DNA of 64,000 nucleotides from positions 96,001-160,000 of the IMG/VR virus record IMGVR_UViG_3300044712_002690; one strand, given 5' to 3'. Source of the DNA: a virus. Below the pieces are notes generated by a model. The model worked only from the letters and a program-made list of their open reading frames with translations. It was not told where the DNA came from and did no database searches. Of the stretch, positions 55,512-64,000 are shown piece by piece (within the stretch, counting starts at the first letter, position 1; every line of letters starts with the position of its first letter). The translations under genes were made by a program, and so were the position numbers.

Positions 55512-55949
55512 CTACCTTCCTCCCTTCCTTCTATCGTTGACCCAAACAAGTGTTCCAGACTCATCAATTTCTACAGGTATAAGTAAATGATCGGATTCAT
55601 ATTTTCTATTTAAATGATTAATAGCTTCTTCTTGTGTTGGAAAACATGTTACAAGTTTACAAATGTTATGTTGAAGAAGTTTAAGCAGTCGTTGTAGTTG
55701 ATCCGTTTTTTGACAGATAACTAAATCAAAGTTATGTTTTTGTGCGTGGGAATAGAAGTTAAGAAAGAGACCTAAAACAGAAGATGATACATCCTTTACA
55801 TTTTCCAAATTAATAACTAAAGGAATATCATAGTTGAAGTTAATCTTATTTAAATTGTTAGATAAATGACAAGAAAATTCAAAGGTTAAGTGTGAAGGAA
55901 GTATTTTAAATACTTTTATCTCCGGAGTAGATGAGGGCCTGAATGACAT
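55512..55949 (-). CDS. STAS domain protein (anti-sigma antagonist-like)
   Basis: VINLENVKDVSSSVLGLFL. Confidence 0.75.
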   Translation of the reverse strand: MSFRPSSTPEIKVFKILPSHLTFEFSCHLSNNLNKINFNYDIPLVINLENVKDVSSSVLGLFLNFYSHAQKHNFDLVICQKTDQLQRLLKLLQHNICKLVTCFPTQEEAINHLNRKYESDHLLIPVEIDESGTLVWVNDRRKGGR

Positions 55950-55953
55950 AATA

Positions 55954-56271
55954 TTACACCATGCTTCTAATATTAAAGAGTTTAGTTAATTTGGTGTATT
56001 TCAGTGTGTCAAATATATCTTGATGCATATTGTCTAATGATATTAGTAGGTTTTTTCTATTTAAAGAAGTACGAATTGAAATAAGAAGTGCTAAACCAGA
56101 AGAATCAATTTTATTGACTTTTCCTAAATCTATTACTACATCCTTATCAATTTCTGGTATTCTGTTTTCCAAAAGAGATTTAATTCTAAAAACATTCCCT
56201 ATAGTTAAATCAATAAGGATAGCAATATTAATCTGATCTTCATCAGATTTAAATGTAATATAGTTATTCAA
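55954..56271 (-). CDS. STAS domain protein
   Basis: VIDLGKVNKIDSSGLALL. Confidence 0.9.
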   Translation of the reverse strand: MNNYITFKSDEDQINIAILIDLTIGNVFRIKSLLENRIPEIDKDVVIDLGKVNKIDSSGLALLISIRTSLNRKNLLISLDNMHQDIFDTLKYTKLTKLFNIRSMV

Positions 56272-56560
56272 TGTTAAATATCCTGTCGAATGAAGATAGT
56301 TTTAAGATATCTAGTATATGTTTGCTTGGTTGTATTGTTAATGTAAGATTCTTTTTAGTTAACTCTTTCTGAGCTGTTACTAGTAATCCTAAACCACTAG
56401 AATCCATATAATCTGTTTTAGTTAAATCGAGCAGGATATTTTTATCGGCTAGTTCAATTTCATGTAAAAGATATGTTTTCATTTTTCTAATAGATACAAG
56501 ATCTATGTTCTGATAAACACAGATAATGATCTTGTCGTCTTCAATGAACTTAGTAATCAT
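56264..56560 (-). CDS. STAS domain protein
   Basis: LLDLTKTDYMDSSGLGLLV. Confidence 0.9.
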   Translation of the reverse strand: MITKFIEDDKIIICVYQNIDLVSIRKMKTYLLHEIELADKNILLDLTKTDYMDSSGLGLLVTAQKELTKKNLTLTIQPSKHILDILKLSSFDRIFNIE

Positions 56561-57092
56561 GTTTTCTCTTTTACAGATAGTAATGAAATATGAGCCGCTG
56601 TCATCTCAACATACTTATAGGCTTCTAAATCTTTATTGATTTTATCTACTGTTTTTTGTAAATACCACTCAATGTCATTTCTGACACTGGGTGGTATTTC
56701 TTTTGTCTCAATATTGCACTTAATATCTATTGTAGCTGCAATTTCAAGTTTATTCATTAGTCTGCTCGTTTAAAGTTTTTCTTTTCAAACTTCTCACTAG
56801 GACAAGCATACGTTTTCTTAGACTCTACATCTTGATAAACAACTAGAATATCAGAAGTAATAACTTGTGTTATTCCTTTTGTTACTGCTATTACTGCGCC
56901 ATCTTTATGAAGGAAGAGATCAAGAATCTCTCCTGTTTCTGTATGTTCTGCTTGACCTTTACGTTGATACTCATGAGCAAATTCATCTTTGATTTTAAGT
57001 ACGTGAAGAACTTCACCCATCATTATGTAGTAGTTGTCTTTGTCGTCACGATACATTCCACCAGCAAAAATATCCATAGCAATCTCCTTCAT
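56557..57092 (-). CDS. Two small hypothetical proteins (the second DUF1653-like)
   Basis: AEHTETGE and LVVYQD in 56757-57092. Confidence 0.5.
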
Positions 57093-57136
57093 GTAATTTA
57101 CTTAAATATTAGGTATTTTAAGTTCTTTTTAAGGAA

Positions 57137-57162
57137 AAAGCCCTAGGGTAACCTAGGGCTTT
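57137..57162 (-). terminator. Intrinsic terminator
   Basis: AAAGCCCTAGG-loop-CCTAGGGCTTT with T-run; stem similar to the 3661 terminator. Confidence 0.8.
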
Positions 57163-57166
57163 GATA

Positions 57167-57529
57167 TTATCTTCTGTAATATTGAAGAACCTCTTGAGTT
57201 CCTTCATATGAATCAACAACAAATATAATTTGAGTTAGACAAAGTAATTCAATAACTTTCTTTATATATGTTGTTAAACTAAGCAGCACTAACTTACCTC
57301 CCCTTCCTCTACAAATCATTGCTGCATCCATTATACACTTAATTGCAGTTGAATCTAATATATGTACTTCTTTAGCATCGAGTATGAGATTTTTATATTG
57401 ACTATTTTCATGCAGTTTTTCTTTTAATGATTTTGATACTTCAGAGACATTATCAATTGTAATCATTTTTTCTTTAAGTTCTATCATGAGTGTATGTTCA
57501 TTTATTTCAATTGAGTCGAGTGGTAACAT
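57167..57529 (-). CDS. STAS domain protein
   Basis: LILDAKEVHILDSTAIKCIM and GGKLVLL. Confidence 0.85.
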   Translation of the reverse strand: MLPLDSIEINEHTLMIELKEKMITIDNVSEVSKSLKEKLHENSQYKNLILDAKEVHILDSTAIKCIMDAAMICRGRGGKLVLLSLTTYIKKVIELLCLTQIIFVVDSYEGTQEVLQYYRR

Positions 57530-57650
57530 ACACTACCCCCAAAAATTATACTTTACTCCATTAATATTAATTGATTTATATTATGTTCTCCTTGTTATAG
57601 TTTATTATCAGTATTTAATTTAAGATAACTTAATTATCTTAATCTGTTTT

Positions 57651-57926
57651 CTAGTCAAGAAGATCATCAAATTCTATCCAGCCCTTTTCAATTAACAATA
57701 AAGCTGTGTACCCAAAAATATCAGCTAGATCATTTTTCTTTAAATCTGAGCTATTTTTAATCCTACTAAGTTTATCATCCAATCTATTACAAATTTGACT
57801 ACCAGCATCTGATTTAGTAAAAATCTTGATAGGTGCTATTGCTGAATCACCATATCTACGATTTTTCTCTTTAAGAAAGTCTTTAAAATTATCAAATAAT
57901 ACTTCAATTTTTTCTTGTGTATTCAT
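57651..57926 (-). CDS. Nucleotide-modification-associated (DUF1599-like) protein
   Basis: KNRRYGDS, RLDDKLSRI and DLADIFGY; start moved to ATG 57926. Confidence 0.7.
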   Translation of the reverse strand: MNTQEKIEVLFDNFKDFLKEKNRRYGDSAIAPIKIFTKSDAGSQICNRLDDKLSRIKNSSDLKKNDLADIFGYTALLLIEKGWIEFDDLLD

Positions 57927-57993
57927 ATATCCTCTTAAAAGATGAACCGAAGGGGCAACCTCCGGTTCAAAAAAGTAGAACAAGGAGCATGTA

Positions 57994-58714
57994 TTATGCA
58001 GTGGGTGTTTTTGATTGGATATACTTGATAATACCGAACACCATACCAGCGACGATAACACCAACAATTCCAATACCAACAATCCATTTCCAATTAAGAG
58101 CAACAAAGGTAATAAGAGCAATAACCAAACCAAGAACCAATAAAGCTAGAACACCCATAATGATAGCATCTTTCTTATTAAGATTGCTAAGCATGTTTTT
58201 AATATCCATTTTTAACTCCTAACTTATTATTTACTTAAATCCACACCCATGTGGGTGAAATTAACTAATATAATATCTATTATATTCAGTTCTCTAGATT
58301 TTTTAGTTTAATCATATCACCTATACTGCATGTTGATTTAGGTGCTTCTAAGTTAACAGGTTTCTTTAAAAGAGTAAGTTCAAGTATCTTTAAAGAAGTT
58401 TGAAGTGTTTGTTCTGTAACATTATATCGTTTACAAAAATCATAAGCAACCTCATGAAAAGCATCAATAGCATCACCGGGTTGGTCGCTACCGTCACCAT
58501 CTCTAGCAGCTATAGCTAGAGGAAGCATTTCTTGAAGTTCCTGAATTGCTTTATCCGTCATAGTATCAATATCAGCACGCATTTTGAATGTGTTACCTGA
58601 TATGTTTTCAAAGACTGAGTCAAATTCCTCTTGGCTCACTTGAAATGTATAGCCATTATCAAATTTGACTATCATTTGTTGCCCTTGCTTTTCAAGGACT
58701 TCAACAGTATTCAT
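57994..58714 (-). CDS. Small membrane protein (57994-58209) and hypothetical protein (58286-58714)
   Basis: ORF track. Confidence 0.55.
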
Positions 58715-58777
58715 TGAATAGACTCCTAGGATTAATATACTACTAAATATTATAGTTATATAATATAACTTAAGGTT

Positions 58778-59452
58778 CTATTTTCTAAAGAAAGGAATTG
58801 ACCCCATGATGATTCGTCCCGTTTCATATTGGTAGGGTTCTCCAATTTTCCAGTCTCTGTTTAAGTAGACCGAAAGAAGTCTATCTCTTTTAAATACCTC
58901 TATCGCTTCATTTAAAGTTAGCCTTTTGTTTCTCGTTCGTATAACTGTATTACAAATCACCAGAACCTCATGCGTATTTGCAGAGATAAGCAAAGAGAGT
59001 ATTTCTCCGAGTGCATGAGAGATAGTTTGTGGCATTTTGCATGAGTCATAATGTATAATACTTGGATTAAAATTTCCTTGAATAGATGCAGATGTCATTG
59101 CTGATACTAAATCGTCATGAATCCAATTAATTCCTTTAATTGTAGAAATACTTTTAAAAATTTCTGGATTAATCTCAACACCATAAATTTGTTCTTTTGT
59201 AACAAATCCACAATTAAGTAGTTGATCTAATTCTGTACCCGGATCTAAACGAGAATTACTACCGCACTTGCCGCATAGTGTCCAGTATTGTCTATCTTTT
59301 GGAATACTACTATAACCAAACAATTGACGATACTTTCCCACTATGCTTGCAAGGCGGTACATTTGCTTGACTGGAGTATCCCAAGGCTTATCCACAATTT
59401 TACGTGCATGCGCATAAGCTTCTTTTTTTATTGGAATACTCCGCTTAGTCAT
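58778..59452 (-). CDS. Hypothetical protein, possibly SAM-dependent methyltransferase fold
   Basis: IYGVEINPEI resembles MTase motif II; other motifs are unclear. Confidence 0.35.
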   Translation of the reverse strand: MTKRSIPIKKEAYAHARKIVDKPWDTPVKQMYRLASIVGKYRQLFGYSSIPKDRQYWTLCGKCGSNSRLDPGTELDQLLNCGFVTKEQIYGVEINPEIFKSISTIKGINWIHDDLVSAMTSASIQGNFNPSIIHYDSCKMPQTISHALGEILSLLISANTHEVLVICNTVIRTRNKRLTLNEAIEVFKRDRLLSVYLNRDWKIGEPYQYETGRIIMGSIPFFRK

Positions 59453-60244
59453 CTACTTGCTCCTTTTTCTACGATTTTTTGTTTGCTCGGCATACAAGCT
59501 GTTTAATTGATCAAGACCATTTTCTACGATCCTAATAACTTGTTTTACTGTATCAGGTCTAGATGCAGTTTTCATTTCTCGATATGTTGCATCCAAACGT
59601 TTTTTAGCACGAGTAGCAAGCTCAGAAGAAACATCTGTTGGTGTTTGACTCGCTTTCTTTACTTCTCTACGTGCCCTAGTAAGGTCAGACCGTACAAGAC
59701 GTTCAGGAAGACCAAATCGTCTAGCAAGTTGTTTTGCAGTTTCCTTAAAAGTAAGAGTCCCTTTACTTCTTGCTGCAGGTCTTGAAATAATATCATTATA
59801 AGACGCTTCAAATCGTTTGTAAAGATCCATTCGTTGCTTTCGAGTCATTTGACGACGAATTAGATTATCTACAACAACAAGACCAAGTTCATCGGATTGA
59901 TCTAAAACCTCTGCAGTTTGAATAACAGGAACTGTTTCCATACCTTCTTGTTCAGCTACAAGCCACCGATGGTGTCCACAATAAATAGTACCTTCAGGAC
60001 TGATTACAAGAGGTTGAAGAATACCATTAGCTTTTATAGACTTACGAAGTTCTTCAAATTTCTCTGTAGACTCAGGATTACTGATATGATTGAACTTGGA
60101 AGGCACCAATTTTTTAACAGGGTATTGAATGACTTTAGAAGTCATCTTAACACTAATTTTAGGGCTAACTTGTTCAGGTGTTTCCACTACTTGTTTTTCC
60201 ATACTACTTTCCATAAGTACCTCTCGTAATATGAGCAAGGACAC
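59453..60244 (-). CDS. ParB-like N-terminal domain protein
   Basis: LRKSIKANGILQPLVI, GHHRWLVA and VPVI. Confidence 0.85.
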   Translation of the reverse strand: MSLLILREVLMESSMEKQVVETPEQVSPKISVKMTSKVIQYPVKKLVPSKFNHISNPESTEKFEELRKSIKANGILQPLVISPEGTIYCGHHRWLVAEQEGMETVPVIQTAEVLDQSDELGLVVVDNLIRRQMTRKQRMDLYKRFEASYNDIISRPAARSKGTLTFKETAKQLARRFGLPERLVRSDLTRARREVKKASQTPTDVSSELATRAKKRLDATYREMKTASRPDTVKQVIRIVENGLDQLNSLYAEQTKNRRKRSK

Positions 60245-60405
60245 CAGCTACTTGCATCTTTTTAAGATGGGTAAGCTTCCCCACAATCTTTTTGGAGTTA
60301 GCTCCAAGTTTCCTTTCTTTAGTAATAAAAGAAAGATCCGACTTAGAAATCTTGTTCGCGTAGCGTTTTTTCTTCATGCTCCTACTCCTTGTTTTTATTA
60401 TTTTC

Positions 60406-60437
60406 AATATAGTTAAATCTAGAAACAAAAGTAACTA
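60406..60437 (-). promoter_or_regulatory. Phage promoter-like motif TAGTTAC-N19-TATATT
   Basis: Upstream of the 60204-60428/ParB block. Confidence 0.6.
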
Positions 60438-60496
60438 GACTTAATTAATCATATCAATTCTTTATATTTTCTCTGACAATCACATGGAGAGAAATT

Positions 60497-60940
60497 ATGT
60501 TTAGACTTAACTCTAATATATATGTTGCAGAAATCCGGGGAAGTCAGTACCTTTTTCGTGTCGCTGCTATAGGTGATGAAGGTTTTGTTGAAGTTCCAAC
60601 TGAAGGAGATTCTCCTATAGAAGAAACCCCTATAGTACAAGAACCTCAACCCATGGGTCTAGATGTGGAAGGTGGGGAAGCCGTTAATAAAAGTTGGCCT
60701 GATTATGTTGTTGAAGCAGCTAAATTTATAGCAACTAATCCTGGATTGTTTACACAACCAGAAGGTGCTTCAAAAGCATTTGCTCAAAATATCATTGATC
60801 AAGTAGAAAAAGTAAGAGAAGAATACGAATATGCTAAAGAGAATGTACAATCATTAGAATTCCATTTTCAATCCTTATATCAAAACATAGAAGACTTTTA
60901 TAATAGCTACATGGTTGACGAACCTTCAGTTGTTGGATAG
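60497..60940 (+). CDS. Acidic hypothetical protein, lone plus-strand gene
   Basis: GGAGAG RBS; 147 aa; divergent from neighbours. Confidence 0.7.
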   Translation: MFRLNSNIYVAEIRGSQYLFRVAAIGDEGFVEVPTEGDSPIEETPIVQEPQPMGLDVEGGEAVNKSWPDYVVEAAKFIATNPGLFTQPEGASKAFAQNIIDQVEKVREEYEYAKENVQSLEFHFQSLYQNIEDFYNSYMVDEPSVVG

Positions 60941-62022
60941 CAACCGTAAATGTGGTTTCCTTCCTGGTAACATCCTTTCAATCACTTCTACAAATTCATT
61001 CTTCGAGGGGGTATCCTCTACCTCCTCAAGATTTTTCATAAAGTTACTAAATATCTCTGCATTTTGAAGAAAAGTTCTATCCGGGTAGTCAGATAGAATA
61101 TAGAAACCTCTAGGTTTGTTTCTAAAGATATTTAATAGCTTAAGAGTTTCTTCGATATTATTAACACGTATCTTTTTGTATTTAAGAGTTTGAGGATCGA
61201 ATAGTCCAATCACATCAGATTCCTCTTCTTGTTCTCGTGTGTAAATAATAGGAAGATTCTTGTTAAAGGTTTTAGATGTATCGAAATCCTTTTTAACTTT
61301 TAATTCAAGCCAAGACTTCTTTTGATCATCAGTAAGAGAACGTTTAGTTACGGGAGTAGAAAGAGTATTAGGATCGTAGGTATTTCGATTTTCAATACAT
61401 ACTACAGGATTATATCCAGGAGGATATTCCTTTTGCTCATCAGGCTCTCGTTCTTTATAAAAGCAATCAAGAGCTTTAGCAATTCTAATTGCATGTTCTC
61501 TGGTTATCATATGACATCCTTTGTATGAAATTAATCACTTCTAGTATTAGTACGTTTATATTGTTTCATTGGTTCTACTGCAGGAATAGGACCTATAGGT
61601 TTCTTTTTATCCCAAATAAATCTAATATCTGGTTCCTGATTTTTTGCCGGTGGAGGAGGCAATTCACCTGTTTGGATATAATGATGTATTCCTCTTATTA
61701 ATTCCATATATTCATCTTTTTCTAAAAAGCCAGAATACATAATAATATATTTATAACCTTCTTTAGATTTTTCTCTTATTATTCTTATGCCTGTAGAGAA
61801 CTCATTTCCTTTTCCTGAAGCTATAGAAGTAATTACATATGGTGTAATTAAAAAAGGATTATAATAATGATATTGTGCGATAAAACTATGTGCCCTATTC
61901 CACGCTAATTCTCCATCTTTTTCTGGTATTATGAATGAACCTTTATATCGAGTAGCACAACTGGAAAATGTAATTACAACTAGTAAAGGAATAGTAAAAA
62001 CTTTTATTTTATTATATTTCAT
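60926..62022 (-). CDS. Hypothetical protein (60926-61510) and putative lipoprotein (61531-62022)
   Basis: ORF track; TFSSC lipobox-like signal. Confidence 0.55.
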
Positions 62023-62184
62023 ATCATTCCCCTTCCTTCAATGGTTCCAACTTACTTTGATCGACATAAGCATCGAAGTGATCACAATTAGGCACAGCAG
62101 GAGTTAGCCACCGCCCAACTTTGCAACCGAGTAAACAATCGGCTTCACTTATAACCTCTCGTTTATATTTCATACAATATCCAA

Positions 62185-63147
62185 TCATTCTCCCTCCTTC
62201 AATCGCTCTTGTTTAAGAAGTTCTTTAATCTCATTTTGTATTCTAAGAGCGTCATCCATAGTTTCAACATGAACACCACCCACAGAAAAATGACCCCCTC
62301 CTCCAAACTTCTCACAAATTTCCTTAATGTTATGTTCTTTCTCACTAACATTCCAAGGATTGTGACCTACACCAATATGACAACCTCGTTTCATCCAACT
62401 AAAATCTTTGATATAAACAGCGTACTTAGCTAATGGTTTCCATCTGAAAGCGAAATATCGATCTGTCCGAACATAAGGAGGATCAGTATAAAAAACTATT
62501 CCATCTTCTTCTTTAGCTACAGTAACGAACTTCTTATACCCTTCTTCGATTTTAACTTTACATCTATTATATCGCCAATCAATACTCCAAGGAAGATGAC
62601 CATCAAGCAACTTATAAAGTAGTGAGCGATCTTGCGTAAACATTCGTACTATCTCAGTCATAAAAGAATCATCTGCATTTTCGAGAAAAGCCATTCTCAT
62701 TTTAGGTCCGAATGTAGTAGGATCATATACAGTATCCACAGTAGGATAAAGAGCGTAGTCAATCATGTTAACTTCATCCACGATCTTCTTAACCATCCCC
62801 TCATCCAAAAATTTATCTCTACCGGGTGTGTCAAAGAAAACCTGGGCGCAGCTATAAGCACCCGGAACAAAATTCCCAGGAACGCCAGCCTCAGCGAATT
62901 TTCCTAAGCCACTAAGATGATGATCCCACCAGAAGTTAGCTGTTGGATTATAAGGATAATCCAATACAACTGTGGTTGTATCAGGTTCCCTAATATCTTT
63001 ATCCTGCCAGTCTTTCTCATCGTAATTAATAAATTTATATCTAAAGTCAATTTTAGTATTTCCATTATCCACAAATAGCTTTCCATATAATATAGCAGAG
63101 AAAACTCCATCAATATCATTATGAGTATAGACTTTAATTTTCATCAT
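62185..63147 (-). CDS. DHH/DHHA1 family phosphoesterase
   Basis: HNDIDG, VLD, DHH and GGGGH. Confidence 0.88.
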   Translation of the reverse strand: MMKIKVYTHNDIDGVFSAILYGKLFVDNGNTKIDFRYKFINYDEKDWQDKDIREPDTTTVVLDYPYNPTANFWWDHHLSGLGKFAEAGVPGNFVPGAYSCAQVFFDTPGRDKFLDEGMVKKIVDEVNMIDYALYPTVDTVYDPTTFGPKMRMAFLENADDSFMTEIVRMFTQDRSLLYKLLDGHLPWSIDWRYNRCKVKIEEGYKKFVTVAKEEDGIVFYTDPPYVRTDRYFAFRWKPLAKYAVYIKDFSWMKRGCHIGVGHNPWNVSEKEHNIKEICEKFGGGGHFSVGGVHVETMDDALRIQNEIKELLKQERLKEGE

Positions 63148-63172
63148 TGTTCCTTACTTTAATTTTTACTAT

Positions 63173-63204
63173 AATATAAAGAATAGCTATCACAATAATA
63201 ACTA
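63173..63204 (-). promoter_or_regulatory. Phage promoter-like motif TAGTTAT-N19-TATATT
   Basis: Upstream of the DHH gene. Confidence 0.6.
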
Positions 63205-63240
63205 GTATTTCAACCCAAATGAGAGCTAGGAATTTCATAA

Positions 63241-63840
63241 TTAAGCTCCTTCTTGTATAGGTTCTTCAATAACAGTTCCTTCCTCAATCATTTCCTCTGC
63301 TGCAGTATCTACAAGAGGTTCTTCCGTTCCGTCATCTACCTCCCCCTTTTCAGCAGCTCTACTAATGTTAGCTTTACAACGAAAACAAGTTACTGTTCGA
63401 GGCGGCTTGTAAAGGTGATCAACATTATAAACAATCTCACAACCACATTTACATCTGAATCTATAATGCATCTTTTTCTCCTTTCTATTATTTTGTGTTG
63501 GTGTCTTTCGGTTTCCATTGAGAGAAAAATCCACTAAAGTGACACAAGGAGCTCGGGTGTTTACAATAACCCTTTTTACCCCAACCACAAGTAGTACAGT
63601 CTTTTTTAATCTTGGCTTTCATAAATTACTTCCTCTTTATTAAAGTGAAGTTTGAATAGCTAATTTTTGAAGTCTCACTATTTCTTTTTCAAGCTCTCTA
63701 ATATGCATTCTTAGTTCACCATAATCTCCACGACAAAGCATCCAAGCTGTTTTAGCATTTTCAATTTCGGATGCTTCAACTAGTTGACCAATTAAGTTCC
63801 ATCGATCATCAATTTTATTAATGTCCATATTATTAACCAC
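63241..63840 (-). CDS. Two small hypothetical proteins (the first Zn-ribbon)
   Basis: CKCGC...CFRC; ORF track. Confidence 0.5.
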
Positions 63841-64000
63841 CCATCAACAATTTTCATATTCCAATTCCATCTCTGTTGCCTAATATATTCTCTTTGATAG
63901 TCATATACAAATTCTTTTTTACATTTATTGCAAACTCTTATTTGAAGTGTTTTATTTAATTTTCCTGTTTGTGTTGATGTTCCTTCACAATCAGGACATC

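Noticed and set aside
55512-57529. Host assignment (for example a spirochaete) from STAS abundance and lipobox style
   Set aside because: Suggestive only; it cannot be supported without homology searches or spacer matches.
1-64000. Stop-codon reassignment (alternative genetic code)
   Set aside because: Long genes are intact under code 11, TAA, TAG and TGA all terminate ORFs, and no suppressor tRNA was found.

Overview
AT-rich segment of a large (jumbo-type) phage genome, standard genetic code, almost all genes on the minus strand. 1-2417 (+): C-terminal part of a terminase large subunit and a calcineurin-like phosphoesterase. 4138-13143 (-): a translation/RNA island. It holds 23 apparently intact tRNA genes (19 amino acids, no Cys seen) plus one degenerate copy, a group I intron in tRNA-Leu(UAA), and three class I tRNAs with extra variable-arm hairpins. 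It also holds a structured RNA whose core matches the uL11-binding domain of 23S rRNA, and a Ro60/TROVE gene surrounded by five Y-RNA-like units (three hairpin type, two tRNA-like YrlA type). At its head is a leaderless leader-peptide/terminator arrangement resembling a ribosome-dependent attenuator. 16.3-18.7 kb: SGNH hydrolase, 3D-domain protein and lytic transglycosylase. 19.3-32.8 kb: modular tail-fibre/structural genes. 33-64 kb: dense small accessory ORFs plus a phosphoesterase, a Pol-beta nucleotidyltransferase, a radical SAM enzyme with a repeat tail, thioredoxin, a pentapeptide-repeat protein, an ATP-grasp protein, a pyrimidine-dimer glycosylase, four STAS proteins, a ParB-like protein and a DHH phosphoesterase. 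A bipartite promoter-like motif (TAGTTA[CGT]-N19-TATATT) recurs at least seven times. All calls come from manual reading; no database searches were run and the host is not determined.
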